This document shows positions 13,201 through 29,122 of a stretch of 64,000 nt of DNA, piece after piece. The stretch spans positions 21,700,001-21,764,000 of the forward strand of contig CM022672.1 in the NCBI GenBank assembly GCA_012295275.1, written 5' to 3'. Source of the stretch: Chrysomallon squamiferum. Taxonomy: Eukaryota > Animalia > Mollusca. The notes beneath the pieces are model-generated. The model worked only from the letters and a program-made list of their open reading frames with translations, was not told the DNA's origin and did not search any database. Position 1 is the first letter of the stretch; every line of letters starts with the position of its first letter. The position numbers and the translations under genes are program-made.

Positions 13201-16200
13201 ATAGTCACTGAACACAAATATCTAAAAGAAGGACAGATCTCCCTGAAATAATCAGGTCAGAAACTGAACACAGACATATCTCTTGTGAAGGACATGGTAC
13301 TACAACTTTGATTTAAAACAAAACTACTATATCAAACATAAACAAAGAAGTTGAGAACATTTAGTTTGTAAATATATTTTGTCAGAAATCCTCAGTGTTC
13401 CCTTGGCTATTATTGTTCATTATGATGTGTAAACTAATAATAATGCACAAATATTCAATATTTTTAATGAACTTTATTCTTGGTCAGTAACAGCATGTAA
13501 ATTCAATCAGTGGAATAGTTTCATTTCGTATAAATTTATTTAAGTTATTTACTTGATATAAAAAATTAAAAAAAAAAATTTCTTTTTTTTTTTTCCATTC
13601 ATTTAAATGATTTTAGATATATAAATATATACTTTAACATAAATTATAATAAATGTAGTGTATTATGTATAATTCATTTGATATTTTAACATTTCAGTTA
13701 ATATTGTTGATTTCATCCATTTCATTTTCATTTTTTCTTCACTTTGTAGAACATGCAGTATTAAAACATTCATATTGTTGTTTTGTTTTTTTTTTAAATT
13801 TTTTAGTTTCTTAGACTAACTGTTGTTGCTTTTTTTTTTGTGTAGTTATGAAAGTTGATTATTGTTTCATACAAATAATTATTCTATATCCAAAGTCTTA
13901 CAAAATAAGGTTATTCTGTATAACATGTTTACTTGCTTTTAGAGCAGATGTCTGAAGCTGAACTGTCTTGTAGAGATTAACAACTGAATTGTGTTTTGAA
14001 GCCATACTTTAAATTATATATAATCTGAGAATAATTTATTTTCCAGATGAACAGTTCAGACAGAACTCTGCTAAATGCATTCCGAGAAATTAATCAGATG
14101 GCTGACAGACTTAATCTTCCCAAAATGATTGCTGTAAGTAGATTTAAACTGATAGTTAAAAAATAACAAGACATGTTTACAAAGATAAACAAGTAGTGAA
14201 CCATTTATCTGGCAAGCTTTGGACCAGAGATAGCCTGAATTGCTGGATACAGGCTACATCTTTACTTAAAATATAAAATAACAGTGAATATTAAATAATA
14301 TAATTGTATTTAATCAATGCAATAATTCAGGGTCTGTTTGATCTTTGTTAATTCACTCAAAATTCTGAAAATGCATTTCACTAGCAAGTTGTTTTTCTGC
14401 TAGTCTTTTAGACATGATAAATGAAAATAAGAGTAAACGGAAATAAGTAATAACTTACTGTGAAGACATCACCTGTACACAGCAACACTTTACTTGAACT
14501 GGCATCATGGAATTCATAAATTCATTTTGGTGTAAAAGAAATTGAAATGTATGCCGAGATTCAAAAAATAATGTAAATGACTTTTTCATCACTCAAGAGA
14601 TAATTTTTTTTAATCACTTAGATGTTTAATGATATTTTTGTTATATTCACAGGATCGAGGAAACACTCTGTTTAAACAGGTGCATGAAGGCAAATCACTG
14701 AAAGGACGAAGCAATGATGCTATTGCATCAGCATGCATGTACATAGCCTGTAGACAAGAGGGTGTTCCTAGGACATTCAAGGGTGAATTTAACAATTTTA
14801 ATAAATTTATTCCCTTGTAAAATAAAATTTTCCTTCTTGTAAGATTTGCTTTTGGATTATTTTTGGAAAGTAACACTTTCATAAACACATTATTCTTCTA
14901 TTACTGTTTTGAAGATCAGTTATCCTTAATTTCTCTTTTAAGAAGCATTTTGATGATGAAATTAAATCCATCACCATGTTAAATGTTCTCACACTGTAGT
15001 TAAATTAAAATCAGACACTGACTACTAGTTTTATTAACTGACATTAACTTTTACATATATACAGGATTTATTATTTTCTTTTTCTCTGCATGCATAAGCA
15101 TTCTGTAAAATGCAGTTAGTTACAAGCCTGTTTGACTGAGCTGATGAAATACAGCTCCTGTGTTAAGTATGAAACATTTAAGAAGATCCTGCCCTTTGAC
15201 TTTGGTGCATAAATTGCTGTAATGCATTAAAACAATTTTTCAGAAATTTGTGCTGTCTCAAAGATCTCAAAGAAGGAGATTGGTCGAGTGTTCAAACTGA
15301 TTCTCAAGACACTGGAAACAAACGTGGATCTTATCACCACTGGAGATTTTATGGTAAAAAGAAAACATTATTTAGTGTGCTGTCAGTATTTGAAACTCAC
15401 TTTGGTCATGTCATTTCAAATCAAGCAAAAAAAATATATGTCTGGGTAAAAATACACATATTCCTATGGATTTTTTAAAGTTATCTTTTTCTTGTTATTC
15501 TTATGAAGAGATTAAATTATTGTTTTTTATTTTTTTTATTTTTTTTCTAAAAGCCAGTTAGTATGAAGTTACCTTTTTTTTACATTCTGGAATCATTAAA
15601 ATATATAAATATATGTTGTTATTTGTAGCTTTTTATTTTATTTTCTTAATTGATTTTAAAAAAGTACATAACATATCAAATTTTTAATTTTTTTTTTTTT
15701 TTTTTGGTTGGAACTTAGTTCAATATATTTTAATGAATTTTCTGTTACAAAATCTTTTGTGCAATTTACAAAATAAATTAATCTGATTCTGAAAAACAAT
15801 CCATTAAGAACTTTATAACCATTGATTATGTTTCAGTCTCGATTCTGTTCAAATTTGCAACTGCCTAACCATGTGCAGAAAGGAGCTACACATATTGCAC
15901 GAAAAGCTGTGGAACTGGATCTGGTGCCTGGGTATGCTTGCTCTGTTTATTTGTTTATTTCATGTAACCACATTTTAATATATATTTACTATAAACTAAA
16001 TTTCATCATGCAAGAACAAATATATATACACTGGATTTTTTTAAATCAATTTTTCAGGTGCGTCTGCAGTTTTATGAATCTGAGTTTTTGTTGTTTTATA
16101 AGTTTTTAATGTTTTTTTTCATAATCTAAATTTTTATGTCTATTTGAATGTATAGTCCTTTCTAAGCTGTTTTATTTTATTCTATTTATTTTTTCATTTA

Positions 16201-17263
16201 ATAACATTGATGCTAATAATTACAATATAAAAACAGTAGTTCCATTTCCCAAAAATTTGAAAACGAAATTTTTATTTTTTAATTAGTTAATGTTTCTATT
16301 TTTCTTTCTTTGTGGATGTAACATAAACACAGAACCCATTCAATGTATGTATAGATAAATATAATTATGGTTTGAAACTTATTGTTATATTTTATTTAAG
16401 AGCTGTAAAACAAATCGATCATTATGGAAGATGTATTAATGCAAGATTTTATCATTTTAAGACGAAGTCCTATTTCTGTGGCTGCAGCAGCTATATACAT
16501 GGCTTCACAAGCCTCTGATGACAAGAAAACTCAGAGAGGTATGTTTTATTAATATTTATTAAATTAACTCTTCAAATAATAGAAATAACTTGATTTTCTT
16601 TACCATAAGTTTTCCGTTAACAAGCATTACTATAAATCTTTGTTACAGGTATTTCTGCAATGAAAAAGAATTTGATCTGTGGTAGAATTATAAGTTATCC
16701 AGGCATTTTACTGGATAGATGAAAAACCAGAGATTCAGTTAAAATTCAATATATTGTATTTGTTAAAACAGTCACTAAAGCAAAAAACTGTATGGAGTTA
16801 CGATTAAAATTAGTCACATATCATTATATTAATGATCTGTAATTAATGTTTGTCTGTCTATCAGTCTATCTACAGATATTAATAACAGATTATTAATATG
16901 AAATCCAACTGATTTTGCCATTTTCAAAATCTTATGTACAAAAACAGTGCATAGCCAGTCAGAAAATAACACATCAATTTGAAGATGGCTTGTAAACTGT
17001 AGCTTACTCATGTTAACTACTGAAATTACCCCATATCATGATTAAACAATTTATTATGAAAATATTCCATTCTATTTTTATTTTAATATATAAATTAATT
17101 TTTTTGTTTTGTTTTGTTTTGTTTGGTAGAAATTGGAGATATTGCTGGCGTGGCTGATGTGACCATCCGACAGTCTTACAAGTTGATGTATCCACAGGCA
17201 CACAAATTATTCCCCGAAGATTTTAAATTTACCACTCCCATAGAACATCTACCAGCTCAGTGA
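10204..17263 (+). CDS. GTF2B: General transcription factor TFIIB, 10 exons, about 319 aa
   Basis: Exons 10204-10223, 11417-11530, 12098-12179, 12598-12708, 14047-14133, 14653-14782, 15244-15353, 15837-15931, 16462-16538 and 17130-17263 total 960 nt in frame, all GT-AG. Motifs: MASTS start, Zn ribbon [29 protein letters not shown]-reader [18 protein letters not shown], cyclin repeats [28 protein letters not shown] and [34 protein letters not shown]. Confidence 0.98.
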
Positions 17264-20200
17264 GATGTTCACGAGAGAAATTATTTCAGAATATTTTGTA
17301 TCTGACCGTTCCTTTTATTCTTTTAAATGAGGGTCTTTATTAGAGTTGGTTAGAGGCTGCTTTCCTAAAGCATGCCACAGAAAGGTATCAGCATATAGAC
17401 TGATTTTTTTCTTATTTTTTTCTTAAATGGTGAAGAGGTTGTGCATAATTAATAATGGTAAATAATTTATGTTAAAGCTAATTATCATGGTTGCCAGTTG
17501 GCTAAGAGATTTTCATCATTTGCTGTCTTCTAACTAATGTGTTGCTTACATTTTTTTTATAAATTTTTTTTTTTTTTTACTCTTCTCATTTTCAAACATA
17601 TTTCTCCACAACTATTTTTGTGTTTGCTGATATGGTGAATTTTAGATAGTGCTTGCAGTATCAATTTTGTAATGGAAGATAAAGACGTAGATATTTTTTT
17701 AAAATTTATTTATAAGACATGGACTGCATAGTCTGAATAAAATTAGTACTCAGTTAAAAAGTTAGATCTTGTATTCTAAAATGTTGCTATTGTGTTTTTT
17801 GTAACAGTGTAAATGAAAAATATTTGATTTTTAAATTTTTGTTAAATCTATTAAGTAATATTTTACAAATATGCTGATGTATGTGTATGTGTCATTCTGT
17901 AGGTTCAGAATTCTTTATAATCTCTGTTTTAATTTGTATAATAACTAAGTCATATTTAGCAGATGCCTGAAATTATGAATTTCAGAAAGTATATACTTAC
18001 AAATGATTTATTATTATTAGTAGTAGTAGTAGTAGTAGCAGTTGTAGTATTGTTGTTGTTTTTCTCAGTATCACCATCATTATTAAAAATGATAATCATG
18101 TTATTAGTACTATTAATGTGTTGATAATCCATCTGTTCTTTGTTTAAAATTATGTAACTCAGTTTTAAACAAAATTGCAGATTAAATCGCAGAGAGTATA
18201 TTGCATTGAAAATTCTAGTTTTGTTTGAAAAATTTGTACATAACATTTTTAATTATTATTTTATGTACATATATTTAAAGTTATTATTATTACTTTTATT
18301 TTTATTTCTGTTGTTATTATTATCATCATTAACATAATCATTATTATTTTGAATATTCTTAACCAGTATAAAATGTTTTTATTCAAGAATTTAAGACATT
18401 ATTAAACTTACAAAAACATTTCAGACAATCATGATTTCGTTAAACAATATTAAAACACATGCAGCTTTTTCTATTTTAAAAGATTTACTTTTCATAATAT
18501 ACTTTTTATTTTTTTTGTACATTGTGAAAAAAAATAATTGTGGCTTCCATATCATATTAACTGATAAATATCAGTTTGCAAATTATGTTATGTGTATTTT
18601 CAATGTCTGCAACTGTTAATTTTGTGTGAATATTGTTTAAAATAAATTTAAAAAGTGTGTGTGTGGTTTGTAAATGGTATATTAAAATTTACTAAAATTG
18701 ATTTTTAAAATACTTGCTGATGTTTCTTGAAACTGGAAGATTAGATATATGTTACAAAAATACACTTGTACTATTGTTCAGCATAGTATTCAGCTAAGAA
18801 ACATATATTTTACATATCAAAACTTAGTTTAATTGAAATCAATAAATTATGCATGTCCAGATTTAGGTTGGAAATATATGAAGAAACCACAGGTTAAAAA
18901 AAATTCACATTCAGAGTACATACACAGAAAGAAAACATTTTTATTTATTTAATTATTATTATTTTTTTATTACAGGTTAAAATTAAATTTCATCATTATG
19001 TGCTTATGCATAGATCATTCATACGGTTTTTATAGAGGGAAGAGTAATAATGAAAACAAAATAAAAATAAAATAAAGCTAATACATTTTAAAAAGAAGTG
19101 CCCATATGGAACAAAATAATTTTTTGTTTTCATCAAGAATTTCATTTCCATTGCCAAAATAATATGGCAGAAATTCCAGTTTAAAAAAATAATATTTAAT
19201 AAAAATAAAAAATATATATATTTAAAAATAATAAGAGTAATAACAGAGAATAACATTTTTTTTTTTTTTATGCCTTTAAATAATAAAAATATTACAACTG
19301 TTGTAAACATTTAATATGCTTGTAAATAGTTGTATCTCTAGATTGTAATTTGATAGATCTTTTGTTGTTTCATAGTCATTTTTATTGTCATTAGTAACTA
19401 TTGGTGCATTCATCTTGGCATTACAATAAGCATTAAATGTGTACAGCCTTTTATATTTTTATTTTTATGTATATAGTAGCTTTTACATGTTTCTATTTTT
19501 ACTACATTTGTAATAATTAAAAACTACATATATCATGCTTGGTAATTTTGAGTGGGTTTAATTTTCTCTTTGGGTCAAAGAATAAAAAATAAAAAAATAA
19601 TAATGGTAATAATTTGATTGATTCTTTTTCTTTAATTATTCCTTTGGTGAAAGATGCTGTAAATAGTGTATTATATTGTTTATTGGATACTGATTATTAT
19701 TTTTATTAATATTATTTTTGTTAAATTTGTTACAGTTCTGTATCTATAGATAAACTTAAACCTTTTGCGTGACAGAGGAAACCTGCCTGGGCAAGTAGTT
19801 TTTGATTATCTGGGGATACTGTAAAACATGAAACTAATGTAATAAATGCATTTATGTTTGTTAAATAGGCATAACATAAATAGTGTGGAGAAATACATAA
19901 ACCTATGAACAAGAGTTTAATTCACATAACAAATCAAGCATTATGTAAAAAGGAATACATACACACATATTTTGAGCTTCCTGCATAATTATATAGAGTT
20001 AAAAGTTGCAGTAAGTCATCAGTTAACAAGGTTCCTCTGAATAAGTGTAACCCAGTCAGCTTAAGAGTATTGAGAATTAGTACTAGTAATTCATTGTTTT
20101 GACTTTGGAATAGCACTATGCCAAGTCTGCTTATCATTTGCAGCTAATTATCAGTAAGAACAACAACAAAACCTATTACACAATATAGTGAAGAAAATAA

Positions 20201-20429
20201 TTTAAATTGTCTTACTCAAAGAAATAGTGGGTTTTTTTTCTGTAAGTGAAAACTTTTGACTTGTAGCTACAACAGTTAAATCATATACTGATCAATATGA
20301 GTATTGCACTAAACCGAAAAATTAAACAGAAGAAAAAAAGTAATACTATAACTGCATTAATTAATACAAACATTTCTTGTGAGATTCATTTTATACATGC
20401 ATTAATTTCATAGTTTACAGTATTGTATT

Positions 20430-20495
20430 TGGCAGGAAGACACAGCACAGCATTTTGAAAACTAGTCATTTAGCATTGGCTGGAATGAGAAAATG
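20430..20495 (+). mobile_element. Decayed fragment of a dispersed SINE-like repeat
   Basis: caggaagacacagcacagcattttgaaaactagtcatttagcattggctggaatgagaaa is loosely similar to 21860-21930 and 31715-31770. It also resembles, from memory, an abundant gastropod interspersed repeat. Not verified by a search. Confidence 0.4.
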
Positions 20496-20542
20496 TTTTT
20501 TCTTTTATTTGAACGAGTGTGTGTGTGATACAGTTATTATCA

Positions 20543-20584
<42 letters not shown>

Positions 20585-23500
20585 CATTATTATTATTGTT
20601 CAAACTTCATTTCAGATGAATGCATAGGAGAGTGTCTTTATGTTGCATAAAACTGTCATAATTTAAAAAATTTGATTTTAATAAAAGGTTAATTTATTTT
20701 GCATTCCAGAAATGTAAATAGTCTGACAACTGAATGCTGTGTTGTAAAACAAAAGTTGGAATACATTATTGTTACAGATCGCTATTAAAATAAATCCAAA
20801 ATTAATATTTTTGATTTGTTGTTTCTTTTCTTTTACTTTTGGAATGGGCTGTTTAAGATAATGCAGTTTTCACATTTATTGTAATTTGATTTAACTTTAG
20901 TTTACAAATTTAATAACATTGGCAAAGAGAATAGTTTTTATACCTTTATTATCTAAATCAGCTTAACACTGACTAACCTTTGCAGTGAAGAAATGGTGTT
21001 TGCCAGTACTGTATTTTGAACATGAGGGAGATCCTTAGTTATATTCATTAGGTTTTAATTTACAGTGTGATAAAGTATGATTATTACTGGATTTCTGTTG
21101 TTAAAAATACTAGACTGATGATACATGATTTCGATTTGTTAAAAATATCAAATACTATTACTGGATTTCTGTTGTTAATATACCACAGACTATTACTGGA
21201 TACCTATTATCAACATGTCAGACTTTTTTCTTATGAAGCCCTGCTGTAGTCTCATTTAAGAAATTCAAATGGATCAAATATCTGTAAGGTAATAATAAAC
21301 TACTGATTTCTTTAATGAAATAATTGCATTTTCATGTGAGATTGGCTTCTTTTTTCTTCTTTTTTTAAAAATAAAAATGTTAATATTAACATTACTCAAT
21401 AGTATTAAGATAAATAATAATAATAATAATAACTAAATACATATAAAAAAAAAATAAAAAAAATAAAACACCTGAGGATATGCAAAACCTAATCAAACAG
21501 CTACTTGAAGCTTGAACCCAATCATGGTAAATCCTTATGACTTTGTACATTAAAATCATCTAATTTATCTTAATTTACCAGCAAAACATTAACATAATTA
21601 TCTGCTGATTGCATTACAATACTTAAACTTTGCAGTGATTTACAAAATTAATATAATTTATATAAAAAAATTGGTCAAAATGTTTAGAAACAACATTTAA
21701 AAAAAATGTATCTGTTGCATTTCTCTTGTTCTTAAAATGACATTCATTTGGTATATTACAACTAGATCCCTGATTAATTACCACCTTTACTACTCAATTC
21801 ACATCCTGTAATTATGACTATAGCAATCAAACTGAGAGAGAAGAATATAAATAAATTTTTTCCCATAGATAGAAAAGCACATATCACACAATGGATCAGA
21901 TTTAGCATGGGAAATAATAGCTGAATGGAACTTTTTAATTCTTCATAAAACTTGCATGAAAATGTTCAAAGTTAATAAATTAAAAACGTGTAACAAAAAA
22001 TGGAAAATACTTTGCATAGATGTTTATTAAGTAAGAAAGCATGTAAATATATATACATAGAAAATAAATATTGCATGTCACAAAAGTTTTATTAAAAAGA
22101 AAATAACATCAGGTTGGATTTGTTAATGAAACTACTTTGTACTGACAATACATTCATTAAAATTATATTGTATTTGTTACAATTCATAAATTGTACACAA
22201 TAATCAAAAAGTGATGTTAATATTTGTAAAATGTATATTGATCTATGTTTAATGTAATTGTATTATCACATTTTATATACTGTTACATCAATATATAATA
22301 ATTGTGACATTGTATATATGATTACAAATACATATTAATAATGATTATAGATACACTAATATATATTTTGAATTTATAATAATAATAATAATAATACTTA
22401 TATGTTACATAAGATATTATTTTAAACAGACAACATATAAATTACCATCTCCACCTTACAAATTAAAAGAAATAGCTATTAACATTCAACAGACTGACAT
22501 CATTATATGTCTTATACTCTCAATCATTCTAATTAAAAAAAATTGTAAATCATTCCCATTAAAGTAATAATTTAAAACAAATTTTAAAATTACATTCAGT
22601 AATTAACAAGGGAAAGGCTATTTTTTTTTTTCATTAGGTTATCATTATGTGTTTATATATATATGAATGTTGTTCAATATTTGCTCAAGAAAATATTTAG
22701 TCTTTAAAAATACTGGAAATAATAGCAATACAGTGTATACCTATGTACTTTCAAGACAGTGGTTTTATTTGCAAAAGATCTATAACTTAAAATAAATTTT
22801 AAAAAGTGGAATGTTACCTGGTTAAATATCAATTCATAAATAAAAACTTGCTACATAAAAAAGTTATTTGAATTGTTAAAATCAATTAAAACAACCTTGA
22901 TATTTATACACAAAGTATATTAATACAGTAATAACAGTAATACAGTTCAATGCATGTCATGTTGGTATATAAATGAAGCTGCATCTAATAAATATTGTGG
23001 TTAATTTTTGTTGTTTTCATTCACTCACTTATACATGATATAACAATATATTATTAAAATACAATAATTTCTATAATTAATCTTTTTTTTTAAAAAGAAA
23101 TAAATAGCACCATCTAAATTGTCTTATATTTAACATGTTGAATCAAGAAAACAAAGAATTAACCAGTATGTATGTGAGCATGGCAGAAACATCTAAAGGT
23201 TTTGATTGGTTCAAACAATATCCAATGAAACTAGCTGTAACAGTATTATAAAGCATTGCATTCACTTTCTGGTAAAAAGAAAATAAATAAAAATTTAAAA
23301 TACGTATTACAATTCAAAAACTACATCAAAATCTTTTTTATTCTATTTATGAAAGGTTTAATAAAATTACATTAACTGCACACAACTGATCCTGAATATA
23401 ATTCAAATTCAAATTCATGCACTGTTTTTTATTTTAAATTACTATAAATATAATGAACAAGTTATTACAAAATGTACATACAATTATTATTATTATTATT

Positions 23501-25447
23501 ATTTATATTGTTGTTCTTAGTTTTGATTCTGATTACAATGAAAAGTCAGAAATACCACTACAAATACCAAAAATAAATTAATAAATAAATTGTTAAAATA
23601 ATAATAATATAATAGCATTTGAGTATTTTTGTTAATCTTTGTAAGTTAGCACTTGAAATGTTAGTACTAGTATACATTAATAAAATATGTATAGTCATTA
23701 AACCTGCCATTTTAAATCAATCTCCTTGTATAGCTCTTTGGTACATTGGGTTAAGCTCGCAATGTTATTGAAAAATGAATCGGAGGTAATTAAAGACTTG
23801 AATAACATATTAAATTTTCCTAAAATAATTTTGAGGCATTTAATCATTAATTAGAAATGAACTATATTTAAATGTTTTTACTTTAGAATAATAGACTAGC
23901 ATTAAATTCTAGTGTAATATTTCTCTTGCAATGTTTTAATAACAGTATATATATAAGAAGAAGAAGAAGAAAAAATAAAATACAATAAGATATAAATAAA
24001 TAATAAAACATTTTAGCAATTAAATTCATGACACAATGTAAAATTTTTTTTATAGAAGTTACTAATTCTTTTGCTTTTGTAAAAAATCATAAATACATAT
24101 TCCTTTTTAAGAAATGTGTCTTTGTAAGATTTAACAAGTGAACATTAATACAAGACTAGAACATTTACCATTATACCATCGTGTTCATTAAAAACTTTTA
24201 TATTACTGATATATTATATTAGTAATATTGGTTTGGAACAAAGTTCATAGGCATATATGAAATTGAATAAATCAAAGAACAAGTATCAAAACATTGTCTT
24301 TGAATTTCAAATAAAAAATACCATATAGTTTTGTTCCAAACTAATATAACATATATATATACATATATAAAAATTAATTTTTATAAAATCAGATATCACA
24401 AAAACCTAAAAAAAAAAAATGTAAATGGACAAATCTTTGTATTTATTTTTATCAAAATTCATCAATGTTTTTTTAATTTAAAAAAAATCACTTAAAAATA
24501 TAAAATGTATAAGTACAAAACTTTGAGATAATTAAAGTGTATCTGTGTTATAAGAACAAATAACCTCAATGCATTTTGTATACTCCTGAGCTATTATTTT
24601 ATTCATTAGGGACTTGTAACCTTTGCTGACAATAAAGTATGACAGTAAAATAACACAGTTGTGAGGATCCATGGAAGACAAAGATTAATCTTTTATCTTG
24701 AAGTCTTATAAGATTACATCATTTCAATCTGCAGCTTGTTATTTGATTGTAATACTTTAATATAAATAAATAAAACAAAAATCAGCATAAATACAAAACA
24801 TGCTTGGGTTATTTGTTCATAAATTTAATTTTTATATCTTTTATGACTAGGTACATCTTTCAAAAAATAAGTATAAATAAATAAATAATAAAATTAAAAA
24901 TATATAATCATTCTAAACAAGCAATAATATATAACCATTCTAAATAAGCAATAAATATTAACATTATTAACATCAAGAATAAATCTCTGACTACAACTTG
25001 AAATTTATAAAATATGCAAGTTTGTTTGCAACATAAGAAGTTGTTTTGTACAAATAACTATTATTTAATTGTGTATGTGTGTGTGCAAGCGTGCGTGCAT
25101 GTGTGCATGTGAGCGTGTGCTGTTTGTGACGAATGAGATCCAATATAACTTCTACAACCATTTAATAGTGATAAATGTGATAACAGTTGGAGTGTTTGAT
25201 CAACAACATTTCAAATGCCTCGCAATCCAGAATGACTATATCTACCCAAAGCAAGTGTTAGTAATAATGAAATAATTAATATGATCAAGAGAGTATTAAT
25301 GTTAGTATGTTAGAGAATCAGTAGACAATGAGGCAGTTTCCCATCTCCCTAATTAATTAATGGTTTGGGATGAAACAGGGGTTTGATCTAGGATCCAATG
25401 ATTTTTAAAAGAAAAGACTTAAACATTGTATAAAAAAGTAATTTACA

Positions 25448-25450
<3 letters not shown>

Positions 25451-25495
<45 letters not shown>
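25451..25495. repeat. (TG)n microsatellite
   Basis: Directly visible. Confidence 0.95.
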
Positions 25496-25496
<1 letters not shown>

Positions 25497-26313
25497 GTTG
25501 TGTAAATATATAAGGGGATTAGATCCAAGTGACTGTCAGTTTTAACAGCAAAGGCTTAACCCTTGTGCCTTGGAATCTGGTGAATTAATAACAGAAAATT
25601 CTCTGAACTGTTCCTAAGTTAGAGGAACAAGCTGATTTAGAGATTCTATTTAAATGTTCTCATAACAGCAGGGACAGCAATACAGGTACAAATATTAATA
25701 TTTATTAGTAGCAATATTAAATTAAAAAAAACATTGGTATAAGCAAAATGTTTAATATCTACTGGAAGAATTAAGTGAAATAATTTGTAAAAGTTAGAGT
25801 ATTTGATATGTTAGAGATGTGTGTGTATGTGTAAAAAGAAGAGTATTTTGAACAACACAAAAACCAGTTGGCAATAATGTAAAAGATAATTAGACCTTCA
25901 TTTTTAAATTAACAAGTTATAAATGACATATGCTAAAATAAGCACTGTGGTTTGATTATTTATTTTAAAACTTTAGTTTTTGAAACTATTAGAACAAACA
26001 AAAATATAATATATACAGTATACAAATTATATTATTAACAAACAAAACAAAAACAGAACAAATTATAAATAATCAAATCCTTTTTCAGTACAAAATTAAA
26101 TTTTAACGTACTATTTCCTAAACCTTAATAAAGTTTAACACACTTATAACAAATTTAATTTAAAAAAAACGTCTAGCATTTAGACATAAATTTGTTCTTC
26201 ATTTCAAAACATTTTGTTTCCATAACACTTCTTACTATAAAACTAAACAATAACAAAGAGCACTTTTGTATTCTGCAAGGTGTTTGTATTTTTCTCACTG
26301 TACTTTTCCAACA

Positions 26314-27972
26314 TCACATGTGACAGGGCTCTGTAGAAACCTCGTCACTGTTAACCTCTGTCTTACTCCTGCAGGTAGACTTTTTTTCTGAACAGGCCAT
26401 CTTGGTGTATTTCTTAGTAAGCTCATGACCTATCGCTCCAAATATAAAATGACCAGCACCACTACCTGGTAGATATAAAATATTTTTAAAAAAGTTGTTT
26501 TAAAATGTAGTAATACACAACAGAAACACATGCATGCATACACAGACATAAGTAAACACATACATAAACACACAGAAAAAACAAACCCTCCACAAAAAAC
26601 CCCATACAAACACATGCAGACCTGTGCACTAAAACATCCTCCCAAACCTATATATATATATATATATATATATAAGAAGCTGTCACACTTTTTGTATGTC
26701 ATATTAATACATATGACAAGCATAGATAAACCTGGAATCTATTTCACCCCATGTAAATAAACAGTATAACTGTATTACATCAACTCACCTAAAACAATGC
26801 TAAGACCGAGCCAGACACTGTAAGTCATGAATATCAACATGATGACGTATGCACAGAAGAGATAGATCATGTGCATCATGCAGCCATAGAAGTGAAACTT
26901 CAACCTGAAGTACAGAATAAACACAACAGCAATGAACAGTCGAACTGCACAAAAGCAATGGACAGAAGGCAGAAATGTTCTTTACAGACTTATGACGTCA
27001 AAGAAATAATAATCTTAACATCATAAGTCTCTAATAAACAATTATTTTAATAAAAAAGGTGTGGTTTCAGCTAAGGTATAGCACGTCTGGCATATTCCCC
27101 GGGCAGCTCTGAGCACTTTCTGTTAAACTTGATGGATATTTTTGAGTTGATTTTATGGTAATGTTATCAGTGTTTGCCATATATGCTGTTTTCTGAGTTC
27201 ACAACACCTTGATATACTGTATGCAAGGTGGTTAATATAAGCTATCCAGTATGATCAGTAAGAAAACAATTTTTACAGTAATCATTTTCAAAAATATATA
27301 TATACACACACATACATACACACATTAAATAATGTATTTGTACTACACCTGTTAATAATGTTCAGGTAAAGTTACTGTTACTGCTGATACTATTATTATT
27401 CTTATTGCGACCACTACTACTACTACTACTACTACTACCACTACTACTAAAACTACTACTATTACTACAACTTCTGTTCTACTTGAATTTACACTATTAC
27501 CACTAACTCTACTACTACTACAACTACTACTACTGTTAATGCTACTACTATTTCTATTATTGTCATATTACTATTATTATTATTATTATTATGATTATTA
27601 TTATATCATAAATAAAATGATTACAACAGCACTATCAGCAGTACCTGTAGAAGTAATAATTAAAAAATAGGTAACACTGTGTCAGTCATACTAATTTCTA
27701 ACGCTGTTATGATACCTTATTGAAGCAATTTTCTGCAGGTTTACTGCAGATAGCAGCTGTGATCTGTCTCCAAGCGTGTGGTCTGTCAGTCCATACGTCA
27801 GTGGGTTCTGTTTGAGTTTGAGCTGAATGTACATCTTTACCAGCTTCAGAGATTCAAACAAGGCTGTCGCGAAAAACACGACAAAACATGCTCCCACAAG
27901 ACCTGCATGAAATAAAATTAAACAAAATGAATACTAATGTCTAAGAGAGATGTGAAATTTACTGAACACAAG

Positions 27973-28044
<72 letters not shown>

Positions 28045-28342
28045 GATACATACATACATAGACATGCACACACCACACACATACTCACACTCAGTTTTAA
28101 ATTAACACCAAGAAAAATAATTATAAAAATAAAAAATTAAAATATAGCAGAAATCCAATATTCAACAATAACATACAATGACTGATATATTATATATGTA
28201 TGGGTTTTTTCCTAATAAAAGGCGTATTACAATGAAATATTTCATTAATGATGTATTATTTTAATAATAAACACAGTTATTATTAATATAATTACCTACT
28301 GACCTAGATATTACATTTAGTCATTCTCTGGCAGTGATAATA

Positions 28343-28403
<61 letters not shown>

Positions 28404-28487
28404 GATACTAGACTGTAATGTTGGCCACTTTTATATAACAGTATGCAAAATATATGTGTATGTGTTTGTGTGTGTGCGTGTGTTTTG

Positions 28488-28527
<40 letters not shown>

Positions 28528-29071
28528 TGTCATTATCTGTGCAGTAAGTCTATTTCCTAACAATAGTTTTCTTTAGAATTGCTTTTGGCAGTATTAGCTG
28601 ATTACAGTATCAATATCCAACAACTAGAACACTGACTGTACATAGCTGGCAGAACAGCAAAGCTGGGACAAAGGGTTAATAAAAGCAGCCTGAAACAGCT
28701 CAGCTAAAAGTGCCAAGTCATCCAGGAAAACTGCAAAAGTGCAGGATCTGATATGAATAGGAAATTATAATTACTTTTGCTCTATGTATTTAATTCAGAA
28801 TAAAATTATTAAAACTTAACTGAAAAAATTAATTTATAGGTTAAACATTTTTGAAAATCAGTAATAATAATTAAATATAAATAAATAAATAAATAAATAA
28901 ATATGTAAAACAAAATAATTTTTTTTTTTTTTGTTTGTTTTTAAATGAATATAAATAAAACAAAATAAAACAAACAAAAAACAAAAACAAAATTTAAAAT
29001 TTTTAAATTTTCATCACCTTCACTAAGTCTACTAAAATAATAAAAAAAAATGTTGATGTTCTTGTGCAATA

Positions 29072-29122
<51 letters not shown>

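Noticed and set aside
15125-15200. Hammerhead-like CTGATGA...GAAAC in a TFIIB intron
   Set aside because: A weak stem II can be drawn, but there is no stem I/III pairing with an NUH cleavage site, and a competing gagctg/cagctc hairpin sequesters the core.
27705-27716. Possible U12-type donors (GTATCA in Ctr; GTATCT at 53953 in ASPM)
   Set aside because: They do not match GTATCCTT, and no U12 branch point is evident.
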